Positions 27,643-37,969 of a stretch of DNA of 64,000 bases are shown here, piece by piece (positions within the stretch are counted from its first letter, which is position 1; each line of letters opens with the position of its first letter). The DNA comes from Patescibacteria group bacterium. Its GTDB lineage: Bacteria; Patescibacteriota; Saccharimonadia; Saccharimonadales; JANWIN01. A program made the position numbers and the translations under genes. The notes under the pieces are model-generated. The model was not told the DNA's origin and searched no databases. It saw nothing but the letters and a program-made list of their open reading frames with translations. Location: contig DATIHJ010000013.1 in NCBI GenBank assembly GCA_035480855.1, positions 45,659-109,658 on the forward strand, in the 5' to 3' direction.

Positions 27643-28214
27643 ATTGTCTCCGATGGATGAATATCTTTAAAAGCAGGATGGGCTTTGTCGCGGTCACTAA
27701 TGATGGCTTTAGTTAAGTCAATCGGCCACTTAATATTTAGATCCGGATCCCCTAGGTTCACAAACTTATACTTTGTATAATCCTCTGCATTCCAGTGTTT
27801 ATTAACACTATATAAATAGTAAGTATCTGATTCTAGGGTTTGAAAAGCGTTTGCAATACCCTGGGGCAAAAACACTGCAGTAGTCGGAGTGATAGTAGTA
27901 GTAACAACTTTGCCAAAGCTGGGTCCCTCTCTAAGGTCTAGGTAGGCCGCAAATACTTTGCCGGTAACGATTGTTATATATTTATCCCAAGGCTCAGCGT
28001 GTAGACCACGAGTGACTCCAACCTGTTTGTTGTAAGACAGGCTATTTTGAACGACATTAAATTCCTCGGGCATTCCGGCTGCCACGAGCTTGGCCTTTTG
28101 ATACTTTTCCTGAAAATAGCCACGCTCATCGCCAACATAGTTAACGTCAAAAAATATTAAGCCTGGAATGTCGGTTTGGTGAGCGGTATATTCGGTTGTT
28201 GGTAGCAGGGCCAT
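27639..28214 (-). CDS. rmlC: dTDP-4-dehydrorhamnose 3,5-epimerase
   Basis: DERGYFQE, NQSLSYNKQVGVTRGLHAEPW and PQGIANAFQTL, a cupin of RmlC type. Confidence 0.9.
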   Translation of the reverse strand: MALLPTTEYTAHQTDIPGLIFFDVNYVGDERGYFQEKYQKAKLVAAGMPEEFNVVQNSLSYNKQVGVTRGLHAEPWDKYITIVTGKVFAAYLDLREGPSFGKVVTTTITPTTAVFLPQGIANAFQTLESDTYYLYSVNKHWNAEDYTKYKFVNLGDPDLNIKWPIDLTKAIISDRDKAHPAFKDIHPSETM

Positions 28215-28217
28215 TAT

Positions 28218-30314
<2,097 letters not shown>

Positions 30315-30316
30315 GC

Positions 30317-31069
30317 ATGAAAAAAGTAATAGCTTTTGATTTAGACGAAACGCTCACAGAAACCCGTACTCTGATGACCGACGAAATGGCGGAGCTGCTT
30401 GGTGAGCTACTCAAAAAATATCATGTTTGTGTTATATCTGGTGGAAGTTTTGAGCAGTTTCAAAAACAGTTTATTGCCAACTTAAAGGTTGGTCCGGCCC
30501 AGCTAGCATCACTTCATCTTATGCCAACTTGCGGCACACGTTATTACAGATTCAATGCAACTAAAAAAGACTGGCAACAAGTCTATGCAGAAAACTTCAC
30601 AGCCTCGGAAAAGGCAACTATTATTGAAGCCCTAAACGAAGGACTCGACGAAGCAGGTTACCGCATTAAGAATCCAAAAGGAGCGTTGATTGAGGACCGC
30701 GGAAGCCAAGTGACATATTCGGCGCTCGGTCAGGATGCAGGTGCAGTAGAAAAAAAAGCTTGGGATGCGTCTGGCGAAAAAAAGCGCAGAATCCGCGATA
30801 TTGTGGCAATAAAAATCCCCCAATTTGAGGTGCGGGTAGGCGGCACTACATCGATAGATGTGACTAAGCAGGGCATTGATAAAGCTTACGGCATGAAAAA
30901 GCTAATTGAGATACTGAACATCGCTAAAGAAGACATTTTATTTATTGGTGACCGTTTGTGGGAAGGTGGCAACGACTATCCCGTGAAGCTTATGGGAATA
31001 GATTCAATTGCCGTCGGTGGTTATGAACACACGCCTTGGGTAGTCCGCGGTATTATTGCTGCTTCTTAG
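30317..31069 (+). CDS. HAD-IIB phosphomannomutase of the eukaryotic PMM type
   Basis: FDLDETLTETRTLMTDEMAELL...ISGGSFEQFQKQ...GGTTSIDVTKQGIDKAYG...FIGDRLWEGGNDY is colinear with my memory of human PMM2 (FDVDGTLT...GGSDFEK...GGQISFDVFPDGWDK...FFGDKTMPGGNDHE). Confidence 0.75.
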   Translation: MKKVIAFDLDETLTETRTLMTDEMAELLGELLKKYHVCVISGGSFEQFQKQFIANLKVGPAQLASLHLMPTCGTRYYRFNATKKDWQQVYAENFTASEKATIIEALNEGLDEAGYRIKNPKGALIEDRGSQVTYSALGQDAGAVEKKAWDASGEKKRRIRDIVAIKIPQFEVRVGGTTSIDVTKQGIDKAYGMKKLIEILNIAKEDILFIGDRLWEGGNDYPVKLMGIDSIAVGGYEHTPWVVRGIIAAS

Positions 31070-32183
31070 CGAATAAAGTTTTTCTGATATAGCCCTGCAT
31101 GGCTTGGTGAAAGTGTGAGGCATCAAATAGTTCTGCTTCACCGCGAATACGGCTTTCACTAAATTTATCGGATTTAAACTTTTTAAGACTTGATACCAAT
31201 GACTCCACGTTTTGCTTGTCGAAAAACTCACCTGTCTTAGTAGGCACTATGTAATCTAGGGCTCCTCCGCCTTTATAGGCAATTACGGGCATGCCCGCGG
31301 CCATCCCCTCAACAGCTACAATGCCAAAATCATCTAAACCAGGAAAAATAAAAGCTTCGGACGTGTGAAAGTATTCAACCACGTCACTATCTGATGTATC
31401 AGTCAGAAATTTTACGGTCGGACCAGCTAGTTTAACAAGATTGGCATGCTCCGGTCCGTCACCAATAACTGTTAGGGGCAGGCTAAGACGCGTGCAAGCC
31501 GCAATAGCCAAATCAATCCGCTTGTAAGAAACTTGCCGACCGGTAACTACAAAACCATGCCTAAGATTTTGGGGTTTAGCTTTTGAAGACTGGAATCTTT
31601 CAATATTTACAGGTGGGTGGATAAGGCCAGCGTCACGCCCATAGTATTTCTTAATCTCATTTTGAATATATGTAGATATACCAATTAAGTGATCAGGACG
31701 CTGGGCAGCTTTTTTGTCCCAACGGCGCATTGGCCCGACTAATGTCCTAAGACCAAGTCGTGCCAGCCAGTTAAAGGCTCCAAAACCAGGACTATCTATG
31801 TACTGGTCGTAGCGGCTCCAGTAATAATGTGTGGGTGCAAAACAATAACATAGATGCACAGTTTTAGACCCCGTCCTAACAGACTTGGCTTCCGCCCCAG
31901 TTGCAGAAATCACAAAGTCATAATCACTCAGGTCTAGGTGGCTAAATGTCCAGGCCCTAAGCACTGGCAGAAACTTTTTTAATCCACTGGGCAATTTTTG
32001 GAGCCAAGTAGTGCGAACATCAGCATTATCAAACAAGTTAATTTTTTTGGGATTATATTGGGAAGTATAAATTGGCGCGTCAGGAAACATCTTATGAAGT
32101 TCTAGTACTACTCGCTCAGCTCCGCCAATACCAAGTAGCCAATCACAAACTATCGCCACCTTTAAGTTAGGTGCATCATTCAT
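31053..32183 (-). CDS. Family-4 (GT-B) glycosyltransferase
   Basis: KVAIVCDWLLGIGGAERV and FIFPGLDDFGIVAVEGMAAGMPVIAYKGGGALDYI. Confidence 0.8.
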   Translation of the reverse strand: MNDAPNLKVAIVCDWLLGIGGAERVVLELHKMFPDAPIYTSQYNPKKINLFDNADVRTTWLQKLPSGLKKFLPVLRAWTFSHLDLSDYDFVISATGAEAKSVRTGSKTVHLCYCFAPTHYYWSRYDQYIDSPGFGAFNWLARLGLRTLVGPMRRWDKKAAQRPDHLIGISTYIQNEIKKYYGRDAGLIHPPVNIERFQSSKAKPQNLRHGFVVTGRQVSYKRIDLAIAACTRLSLPLTVIGDGPEHANLVKLAGPTVKFLTDTSDSDVVEYFHTSEAFIFPGLDDFGIVAVEGMAAGMPVIAYKGGGALDYIVPTKTGEFFDKQNVESLVSSLKKFKSDKFSESRIRGEAELFDASHFHQAMQGYIRKTLFAKKQQ

Positions 32184-33625
32184 TAGCTGCCCTGCAGAAC
32201 CACCCTGATGGTTTTAAGCAAGATGACAATATCCTGCCAAAAGCTCCAGTTTTGGACATAATACATATCTAGCTGACGTCGCTCATCAAAACTAATATTA
32301 TTGCGTCCTGAAACCTGGGCAAGACCGGTCAGGCCAGATTTTACACTTAAAATCGTGTGCCTTTTAGCATAGACGTCAAGATCCTGGGGGATTAACGCAC
32401 GGGGTCCTACAAGGCTGATGTCGCCTTTGATTACATTGAATAGCTGCGGCAGCTCATCTAGGCTGGTTCTACGCAAAAATCGTCCAACTGGCGTAATCCG
32501 GGGATCATCAGCTAAATAGTTACCATTTTCCCGGAATTTTTTGGCGAGTTCAGGTTTGCCAATTAATTCAAAATCATCTTCTGGCGTTCCTTTCCCAAAC
32601 TTTCTGTACTGAGTCCTGAATTTAAAAACTCTAAACCTATTGTTAAATCTAGTTAGTCGTTCCTGTCTAAAGAAAACAGGCCCTATGCTTGTAAGCTTTA
32701 CTAGCAAAGCCACTAAAACCATTATTGGTGAGACAACAATTAGCATTAGCGATCCCAAAGTCAGATCAAAGAGCCTTTTGACTATCCGTCCCCAGCCCAG
32801 TAAAGGTGTTTGGTGTACGGCAATAACTGGTATAGAAGAGCGAAACAGCTCAACACTAATATTTCCGACAAATAGTTCGGTATTACCGGGTATAAATCGG
32901 AATGAAATGTGGTTCTTTTGAGCAAAACCTAGAATCTCATCATTTTTTTCTGGCGTGGTATAAAGCTCAGTCTGGACAATGCTGTGGATGTCTTCAGTGC
33001 CAATAGCCTGGCAAGCTTCTTTAAAGCTATGAAATACCTTGAGATGAGCATTGCGTGGGACGTTATGCTGACTGCCAACCACTCCTACTATCCTATAACC
33101 CGTTTGCTGGCTTGGCTGCAGCGATTCAATAAGTTCGGCCGCCACAACTGTATTACCAATCAGTAAGATATTTGTAATGCCAATGTCATAGTGAAAAAGT
33201 CTAGTACGGATAAAACGGGCTATGTTACGGAATAAGAGCAAAAATAAGTAGGCTAAAATAAAACCATAAACAGGTACTAGTTTGCCCGGGAAAATAATCT
33301 GGTTAGAGGCATAGGCATAACTGGTCACAAATAACAGCCCAATAAAAGAGCCTATAAACAGTCTGCCAGCCTCAGAAAAACGTTTTGTGTAGATAGTGCT
33401 GTTATATAGGCCAAGTAAGCCAAAAATGATAATCCAAAACGGTGTAACAAGCAGGAATATACGCAAATAAGTGGCAGCCTCAACTGGATGGGCAACACTG
33501 GTGGCGCCAAAAGTTAGTCCAAAAGTAACACGCAGAACATAGGCACCGACAAAGGCTAGAACTAGTGATAAAAAGTCGCCAATAACCAAAAACAGGTTAT
33601 AAACGAGCGAAGCATTACTTTTCAT
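32183..33625 (-). CDS. Polyprenyl-phosphate glycosyl-1-phosphate transferase (WbaP/EPS-type initiating enzyme)
   Basis: N-terminal TM bundle plus [20 protein letters not shown]...[10 protein letters not shown]...FKFRT...[20 protein letters not shown], the bacterial sugar transferase domain. Confidence 0.9.
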   Translation of the reverse strand: MKSNASLVYNLFLVIGDFLSLVLAFVGAYVLRVTFGLTFGATSVAHPVEAATYLRIFLLVTPFWIIIFGLLGLYNSTIYTKRFSEAGRLFIGSFIGLLFVTSYAYASNQIIFPGKLVPVYGFILAYLFLLLFRNIARFIRTRLFHYDIGITNILLIGNTVVAAELIESLQPSQQTGYRIVGVVGSQHNVPRNAHLKVFHSFKEACQAIGTEDIHSIVQTELYTTPEKNDEILGFAQKNHISFRFIPGNTELFVGNISVELFRSSIPVIAVHQTPLLGWGRIVKRLFDLTLGSLMLIVVSPIMVLVALLVKLTSIGPVFFRQERLTRFNNRFRVFKFRTQYRKFGKGTPEDDFELIGKPELAKKFRENGNYLADDPRITPVGRFLRRTSLDELPQLFNVIKGDISLVGPRALIPQDLDVYAKRHTILSVKSGLTGLAQVSGRNNISFDERRQLDMYYVQNWSFWQDIVILLKTIRVVLQGS

Positions 33626-33646
33626 CTATACTAGATTGTAGCATTT

Positions 33647-34996
33647 ATGAGTAAAACATCAGGGCAAGCCAAACTAACTAGGATATTGGGATACGGAATT
33701 GTAATCATTCTGGTTCTAATGCCATTCCATGCTGTATTGACTACTTGGCCTGCTAGTCATTTTGGCCATTTTGATTTGTTTAGAATCTGGAAAGATTTAC
33801 TACTGGTACCGTTAGGTCTCGGGGGCCTTTATCTTATTAGCAAGGACGCTAAAACGCGTAAGTGGCTTAATGGTACTGGGCTGCTAAAAGTAATAGCAGC
33901 CTATATTGCGCTTTTTGTTTTAGCCGGTCTAGTTGCTCTTGTGCGCCATAAAGTAAATGCTAGCGCGCTTATTTACGCTCTGCTATCTGATCTACGTTTC
34001 CCTGTATTCTTTATAATTTGTTTAATCGTAGCAACACATCAGAAGTGGCTTAAGGCGCATTGGCGCCAGCTACTTTTAATACCAGCAACTGTGGTTATAG
34101 GCTTTGGGCTATTGCAACATTATGTGCTTCCTGCAAATATTCTCTCACACGTTGGCTACAGTCCTAAAACAATTGTGGCCTACCAGACCGTTGATCAAAA
34201 GCCCCAGTATGTACGTGTTCAGTCAACACTGCGTGGCCCAAACCCCTTAGGAGCCTACCTAGTCTTAATAACAACTGCTCTTGTTGCACTACTAGTAACA
34301 GATAAAAAGCGACGTGGCTGGTGGGCCGCACTACTGGCAGCAGATGTAGTGGTGCTGTTTTATACCTACTCCAGAAGCGCCTGGCTTGGGGCAGCACTAG
34401 CGGTAGGATTACTACTTTGGTGGCAAATTAAAAAATCATCAGTTCGTAAGGTGCTTCTTATAAGCGCAGCGGCAATGTTTGTCCTAGCGGCTGGCACCAC
34501 ATTTGCACTGCGCCACAACGATCGTTTTCAAAACACCTTTTTTCATACAGATGAACACTCTAGGTCTCCTGACAGCTCTAATTTTGACCGGGCAAGGGCA
34601 CTTAAAAGTGGCCTCCATGACATAGTCCATCAGCCATGGGGAAGCGGTCCCGGTACAGCCGGTCCAGCTTCAGTTCGGAATAACGGCCAAGCCCGACTTG
34701 CTGAAAATTATTATCTTCAGATAGGTCAAGAAGTCGGCATACTGGGAATGCTACTTTTTGTAGCTATAAACATTCTGGTAGCTGCAGCTCTCTGGCGGCA
34801 AGGCGGGGAACTTAGCCTGATTTTACTAGCTAGCCTGATTGGTTTAACACTAGTTAACCTTTTGTCCCATGCCTGGGCCGATGACACATTGGCACTTTTG
34901 TGGTGGGGTCTGGCCGGCATTTCCCTCGGAGATGCTATACTAAATACGAACAAGCATAAGCCTGATGAAAAAACTAAAAAAACAGCAACGACGTGA
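33647..34996 (+). CDS. O-antigen ligase/polymerase-like membrane protein (Wzy_C-type)
   Basis: 449 aa, polytopic. FYTYSRSAWLGAALAVGLL and a large loop with H/R residues (FFHTDEHSRSPD) are typical of the O-antigen ligase family. Confidence 0.7.
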   Translation: MSKTSGQAKLTRILGYGIVIILVLMPFHAVLTTWPASHFGHFDLFRIWKDLLLVPLGLGGLYLISKDAKTRKWLNGTGLLKVIAAYIALFVLAGLVALVRHKVNASALIYALLSDLRFPVFFIICLIVATHQKWLKAHWRQLLLIPATVVIGFGLLQHYVLPANILSHVGYSPKTIVAYQTVDQKPQYVRVQSTLRGPNPLGAYLVLITTALVALLVTDKKRRGWWAALLAADVVVLFYTYSRSAWLGAALAVGLLLWWQIKKSSVRKVLLISAAAMFVLAAGTTFALRHNDRFQNTFFHTDEHSRSPDSSNFDRARALKSGLHDIVHQPWGSGPGTAGPASVRNNGQARLAENYYLQIGQEVGILGMLLFVAINILVAAALWRQGGELSLILLASLIGLTLVNLLSHAWADDTLALLWWGLAGISLGDAILNTNKHKPDEKTKKTATT

Positions 34997-35465
34997 GATA
35001 ACCCGTTTTGTAGAATACATGGTCAGTGGTGGGGCCTATTTCTGGACCGGCTACCTTATCCTGGACTATCTATACTACGGTTTGCACTGGAGCCTATGGT
35101 GGTCAACTATTATCAGCAACGTAATTGGCTGGACGGTTAATTACTTACTGCAACGGTTCTGGGTATTTAACAACACATCGCTTCAAAAGCACAAAACTCA
35201 AGTTACTTACCGCTATATCTTTATCACTCTAGTAGATTTTGTCCTCAACTACTTTATTTTATACGGACTCAAAGCCGTCGGTATTACGCCTGCCATTGGC
35301 CAGTTTGTTTCAGCTGGATTTTTCACAGTCTGGAACTATCTATGGTACCGGTTCTGGGTCTTCCCAGATAACTTCAAAAAGAATCGAAAACCAGCTAAAT
35401 TAACACCTACCAGGGTGCTTGCACACCGAGCTCACGGCCATAGTGCCTACCAGAGGATTGGATAG
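34965..35465 (+). CDS. GtrA-family membrane protein (paralog 3)
   Basis: FVEYMVSGGAYFWTGYLI...NYLLQRFWVF...WNYLWYRFWVF. It overlaps the 3' end of the ligase-like gene. Confidence 0.7.
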   Translation: MKKLKKQQRREITRFVEYMVSGGAYFWTGYLILDYLYYGLHWSLWWSTIISNVIGWTVNYLLQRFWVFNNTSLQKHKTQVTYRYIFITLVDFVLNYFILYGLKAVGITPAIGQFVSAGFFTVWNYLWYRFWVFPDNFKKNRKPAKLTPTRVLAHRAHGHSAYQRIG

Positions 35466-35468
35466 GTT

Positions 35469-35924
35469 ATGGCCAAAACAGAACCAGTCCGTCCCACCAA
35501 AAAGCAGCGAGAACTACTTAGTTTTATTGAGGCCTTTATTGCCGAGCATGGCTACAGCCCAAGTTATCGTGAGATTATGAGCGGACTAAAATATACCTCT
35601 GTTGCCACCGTAGCTCTACATGTAAACAATTTGATTGCCCGAGGCCATCTGCGTAAGCGTGATCGCTCTGCTCGTTCTCTAGAAGTAGTCAAAGTTGCAG
35701 CTGATGACAAGGCGCTTGCTACCAACCAAATTAAGGCCGGCGAAGAAAAGTGGCTAGTTCAAAAAGTCCAACTCTTTTTTACACTAGCCGAACAAAATAG
35801 CCAACTTCCTCAGAACCAGCTTGATGAGCTTTATGTACTAATCGGCGCCCTCAAAGTCTTAGGTCTGGATGGTGCCGCTCAATCTTTTATGCCCAAACTT
35901 AGTGAGCTCAAAAAACGTCAGTAA
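35469..35924 (+). CDS. LexA-type winged-helix DNA-binding protein lacking the S24 peptidase domain
   Basis: PTKKQRELLSFIEAFIAEHGYSPSYREIMSGLKYTSVATVALHVNNLIARGHLRK matches the LexA N-terminal DNA-binding domain. The remaining ~75 aa are helical, with no Ala-Gly cleavage site or Ser/Lys dyad region. Confidence 0.6.
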   Translation: MAKTEPVRPTKKQRELLSFIEAFIAEHGYSPSYREIMSGLKYTSVATVALHVNNLIARGHLRKRDRSARSLEVVKVAADDKALATNQIKAGEEKWLVQKVQLFFTLAEQNSQLPQNQLDELYVLIGALKVLGLDGAAQSFMPKLSELKKRQ

Positions 35925-35964
35925 TTTTACTACATCCGCGCACAAACTGTTTGTGCTACCATGA

Positions 35965-36124
35965 GGCTATTAACAAGTCATGAAGCTGGAATCCCGTGCA
36001 ATTCGGGAACTGTGCCGCAACGGTAATCCTACATTGTAGGAAAGTCCGATACAGCTGTTAAAGACTCCCGAGCAGGAGCGAAAAACCCAGTTTAGTGACC
36101 CCTGCCCGCGAGCAGGGGTTTTAT
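35965..36124 (+). promoter_or_regulatory. Cobalamin riboswitch-like leader (compact aptamer plus terminator/SD-sequestering hairpin)
   Basis: 35988-36026 GGAATCCCGTGCAATTCGGGAACTGTGCCGCAACGGTAA matches the conserved cobalamin aptamer core as I recall it from the E. coli btuB leader (GGGAATCCAGTGCGAATCTGGAGCTGACGCGCAGCGGTAA). There is a short hairpin TCCTAC-ATT-GTAGGA (36027-36041) and a B12-box-like AAGTCCGATACAGCTG (36042-36057). The closing helix is AGCTG (35984-88) with CAGCT (36052-56). Confidence 0.6.
36099..36124 (+). terminator. Intrinsic terminator / SD-sequestering hairpin of the riboswitch expression platform
   Basis: CCCCTGC-CCGCGA-GCAGGGG is followed by TTTTAT and then the ATG at 36125. 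The 3' arm (AGGGG) is the only SD-like element for the downstream gene. Confidence 0.6.
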
Positions 36125-37348
36125 ATGCATCTCCAGGGCAATCAATTGCCTCAAAACCAAGAAAAACCTGAGCAATTCAAATCATTTGATGTACTCGCTA
36201 GTATAGACTTGTTGCGTTTTGACCTGCAAACAAGTGACAAAATTTCGCCTGAAACTTGGAATCGAGTTCGTGACGAGGAAATGAGCTATATAGCTGAGGG
36301 CATAAACAGGCCACTGCATACTGAATTTGTGTTGCATGAAGAGAACGGAACACTAGTTTATTTTCATGAAGGACAATGGAAGCCCTATATGTCAACTCTT
36401 TTTAAAGGCTTGGAAACTGCTGTCCATGAAAAAGCTATTGATTCGCGCCGGGCTTTTATGGCTGATAGGGCAGCTTATGATTTACAAATTGGCTACCAGT
36501 TGTTAGGACTGTCGCCAGGTCAGAAATTAGTTTGGCATTCATCGTTTCCGCACGAAGCGCATAAGCAGTTCGGCGATAAATTTATAAGCGATCTTGGTTT
36601 TTGGCCATCTCGCAAAATGGGATTTATTTATCAAGCACAAAAGAACTCAGACGAAAGCCTATTACTGAGCACACAATCAGTAGACGGTAGCGACGAGGAT
36701 GGGTTTAGAGCGGCTTTGGAACGTGCAAATGACAAGCAATTTTCTATTGAAGACTTAAGAAATGCTTACGACGAAGTCATGGAAAATAAATATGCTCACA
36801 AATTTTACGCTGGTCGTCGAATTGATAGTGAATTACCCGAGCAAAATGCCTGGGAAGCAATTGCCCAGCACGATGATTTGCTACAGTACTATTTTACAAA
36901 CCTTGAGTCACTTGCCAGGCAGAATGGGTCACGCGCAGAACTAGACAAATCCAAAAAACGCCTGACATACGGGGTTTGGGCAGCCATAAAAGAGCGACTT
37001 TCAGTGGCGGCTAGATCATCCAACTACCGGGACGTAACTAAAAATATTGAGTACAATCCCAGATCACTAGATAATGAGATCAATCAGGCTTATCGATTAT
37101 TGAGTGCGCGTGGAGAGATATTATTTGGCTGCGGAGGTTCAATAACAGGAGAGGATGCACTGCTTGAGGGCGAAGCCAAAGACGTGTTTGAGTCAATTTT
37201 CGGTAGCAAAGACGAAACGCTCAAATGTGTAACCTGTCCACTTTGCAAGGAGGAAGGGGTAGATGCACACGTGCATCGTGATGATGCGTCCAAAACTAAA
37301 ACGATAACTTGTTCCAAATGTAAGCAGTCCAAAAGCTATTCTTTGTGA
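36125..37348 (+). CDS. Hypothetical protein with C-terminal CxxC...CxxC zinc-ribbon; riboswitch-controlled
   Basis: 407 aa from the ATG at 36125 (MHLQGNQLPQNQ...). The track start at 36095 lies inside the terminator hairpin. It ends ...LKCVTCPLCKEEGVDAHVHRDDASKTKTITCSKCKQSKSYSL. I recognise no family. Confidence 0.55.
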   Translation: MHLQGNQLPQNQEKPEQFKSFDVLASIDLLRFDLQTSDKISPETWNRVRDEEMSYIAEGINRPLHTEFVLHEENGTLVYFHEGQWKPYMSTLFKGLETAVHEKAIDSRRAFMADRAAYDLQIGYQLLGLSPGQKLVWHSSFPHEAHKQFGDKFISDLGFWPSRKMGFIYQAQKNSDESLLLSTQSVDGSDEDGFRAALERANDKQFSIEDLRNAYDEVMENKYAHKFYAGRRIDSELPEQNAWEAIAQHDDLLQYYFTNLESLARQNGSRAELDKSKKRLTYGVWAAIKERLSVAARSSNYRDVTKNIEYNPRSLDNEINQAYRLLSARGEILFGCGGSITGEDALLEGEAKDVFESIFGSKDETLKCVTCPLCKEEGVDAHVHRDDASKTKTITCSKCKQSKSYSL

Positions 37349-37360
37349 AATAATAAAACT

Positions 37361-37969
37361 ATGAGCAAGATTGGGATTTTTAGCGGAGCCTTTGATCCTG
37401 TTCATGCAGGCCATATTGCCTTTGCCCTAGCTGCCATGCAAGAAGCTGGGCTAAATCAGGTGTATTTTTTGGTAGAGCCCAAGCCCCGGCAAAAAATCGG
37501 CGTGACCCATCTGGCTCACCGCCACGCCATGATTAAGCTTGCAACTCAACCCTACCCGGGTCTCAAACTTCTAGATTTGCCCGACAAACAATTTTCTGTG
37601 GCCAAAACGCTGCCCCGTCTACATCAGCGCTTTCCAGTTGATGAGCTCTACTTTCTAGCTGGCTCTGACTTACTGGAGCATATGGCAAAATGGCCACTAA
37701 TTAACAGGTTGCTATTTGACATGGGCCTTATTATTGGTTTTCGTAGCTCCAATGTCGTTAAAACGCCGCAACAACTAGTCGGTATGCTGCCAGTTCCAGC
37801 TAAAGAATTGCACGTGCTTCCAAGTCCAATGCCTACGGTATCATCAGGACTTATTCGTGCTGCTGTCGCTCAAGGAATGCCTTGCGAAGGACTACTAGCA
37901 AGTATCCAACCCTACATTGCCAGCCACTGGCTCTATTCGTCGCCTTCCTCATCTGTTTCTGTTTCGTAA
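37361..37969 (+). CDS. nadD: Nicotinate/nicotinamide-nucleotide adenylyltransferase
   Basis: IGIFSGAFDPVHAGHIAFA (HxGH nucleotidyltransferase motif) and a C-terminal SSGLIR (ISST-type). It starts 12 nt after the upstream gene. Confidence 0.8.
   Translation: MSKIGIFSGAFDPVHAGHIAFALAAMQEAGLNQVYFLVEPKPRQKIGVTHLAHRHAMIKLATQPYPGLKLLDLPDKQFSVAKTLPRLHQRFPVDELYFLAGSDLLEHMAKWPLINRLLFDMGLIIGFRSSNVVKTPQQLVGMLPVPAKELHVLPSPMPTVSSGLIRAAVAQGMPCEGLLASIQPYIASHWLYSSPSSSVSVS

Noticed and set aside
36095-36124. Track start (GTG/TTG-type) at 36095 for the riboswitch-controlled ORF.
   Set aside because: It lies within the terminator/SD-sequestering hairpin. The ATG at 36125, 6 nt after the AGGGG arm, is the plausible start.
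37346-37348. Alternative genetic code (UGA recoded, as in some CPR lineages).
   Set aside because: TGA terminates well-defined genes at the expected protein ends, for example 37346-48 and the Ldh_2 gene at 44111-13. No conserved domain is interrupted by in-frame TGA. The standard bacterial code fits.
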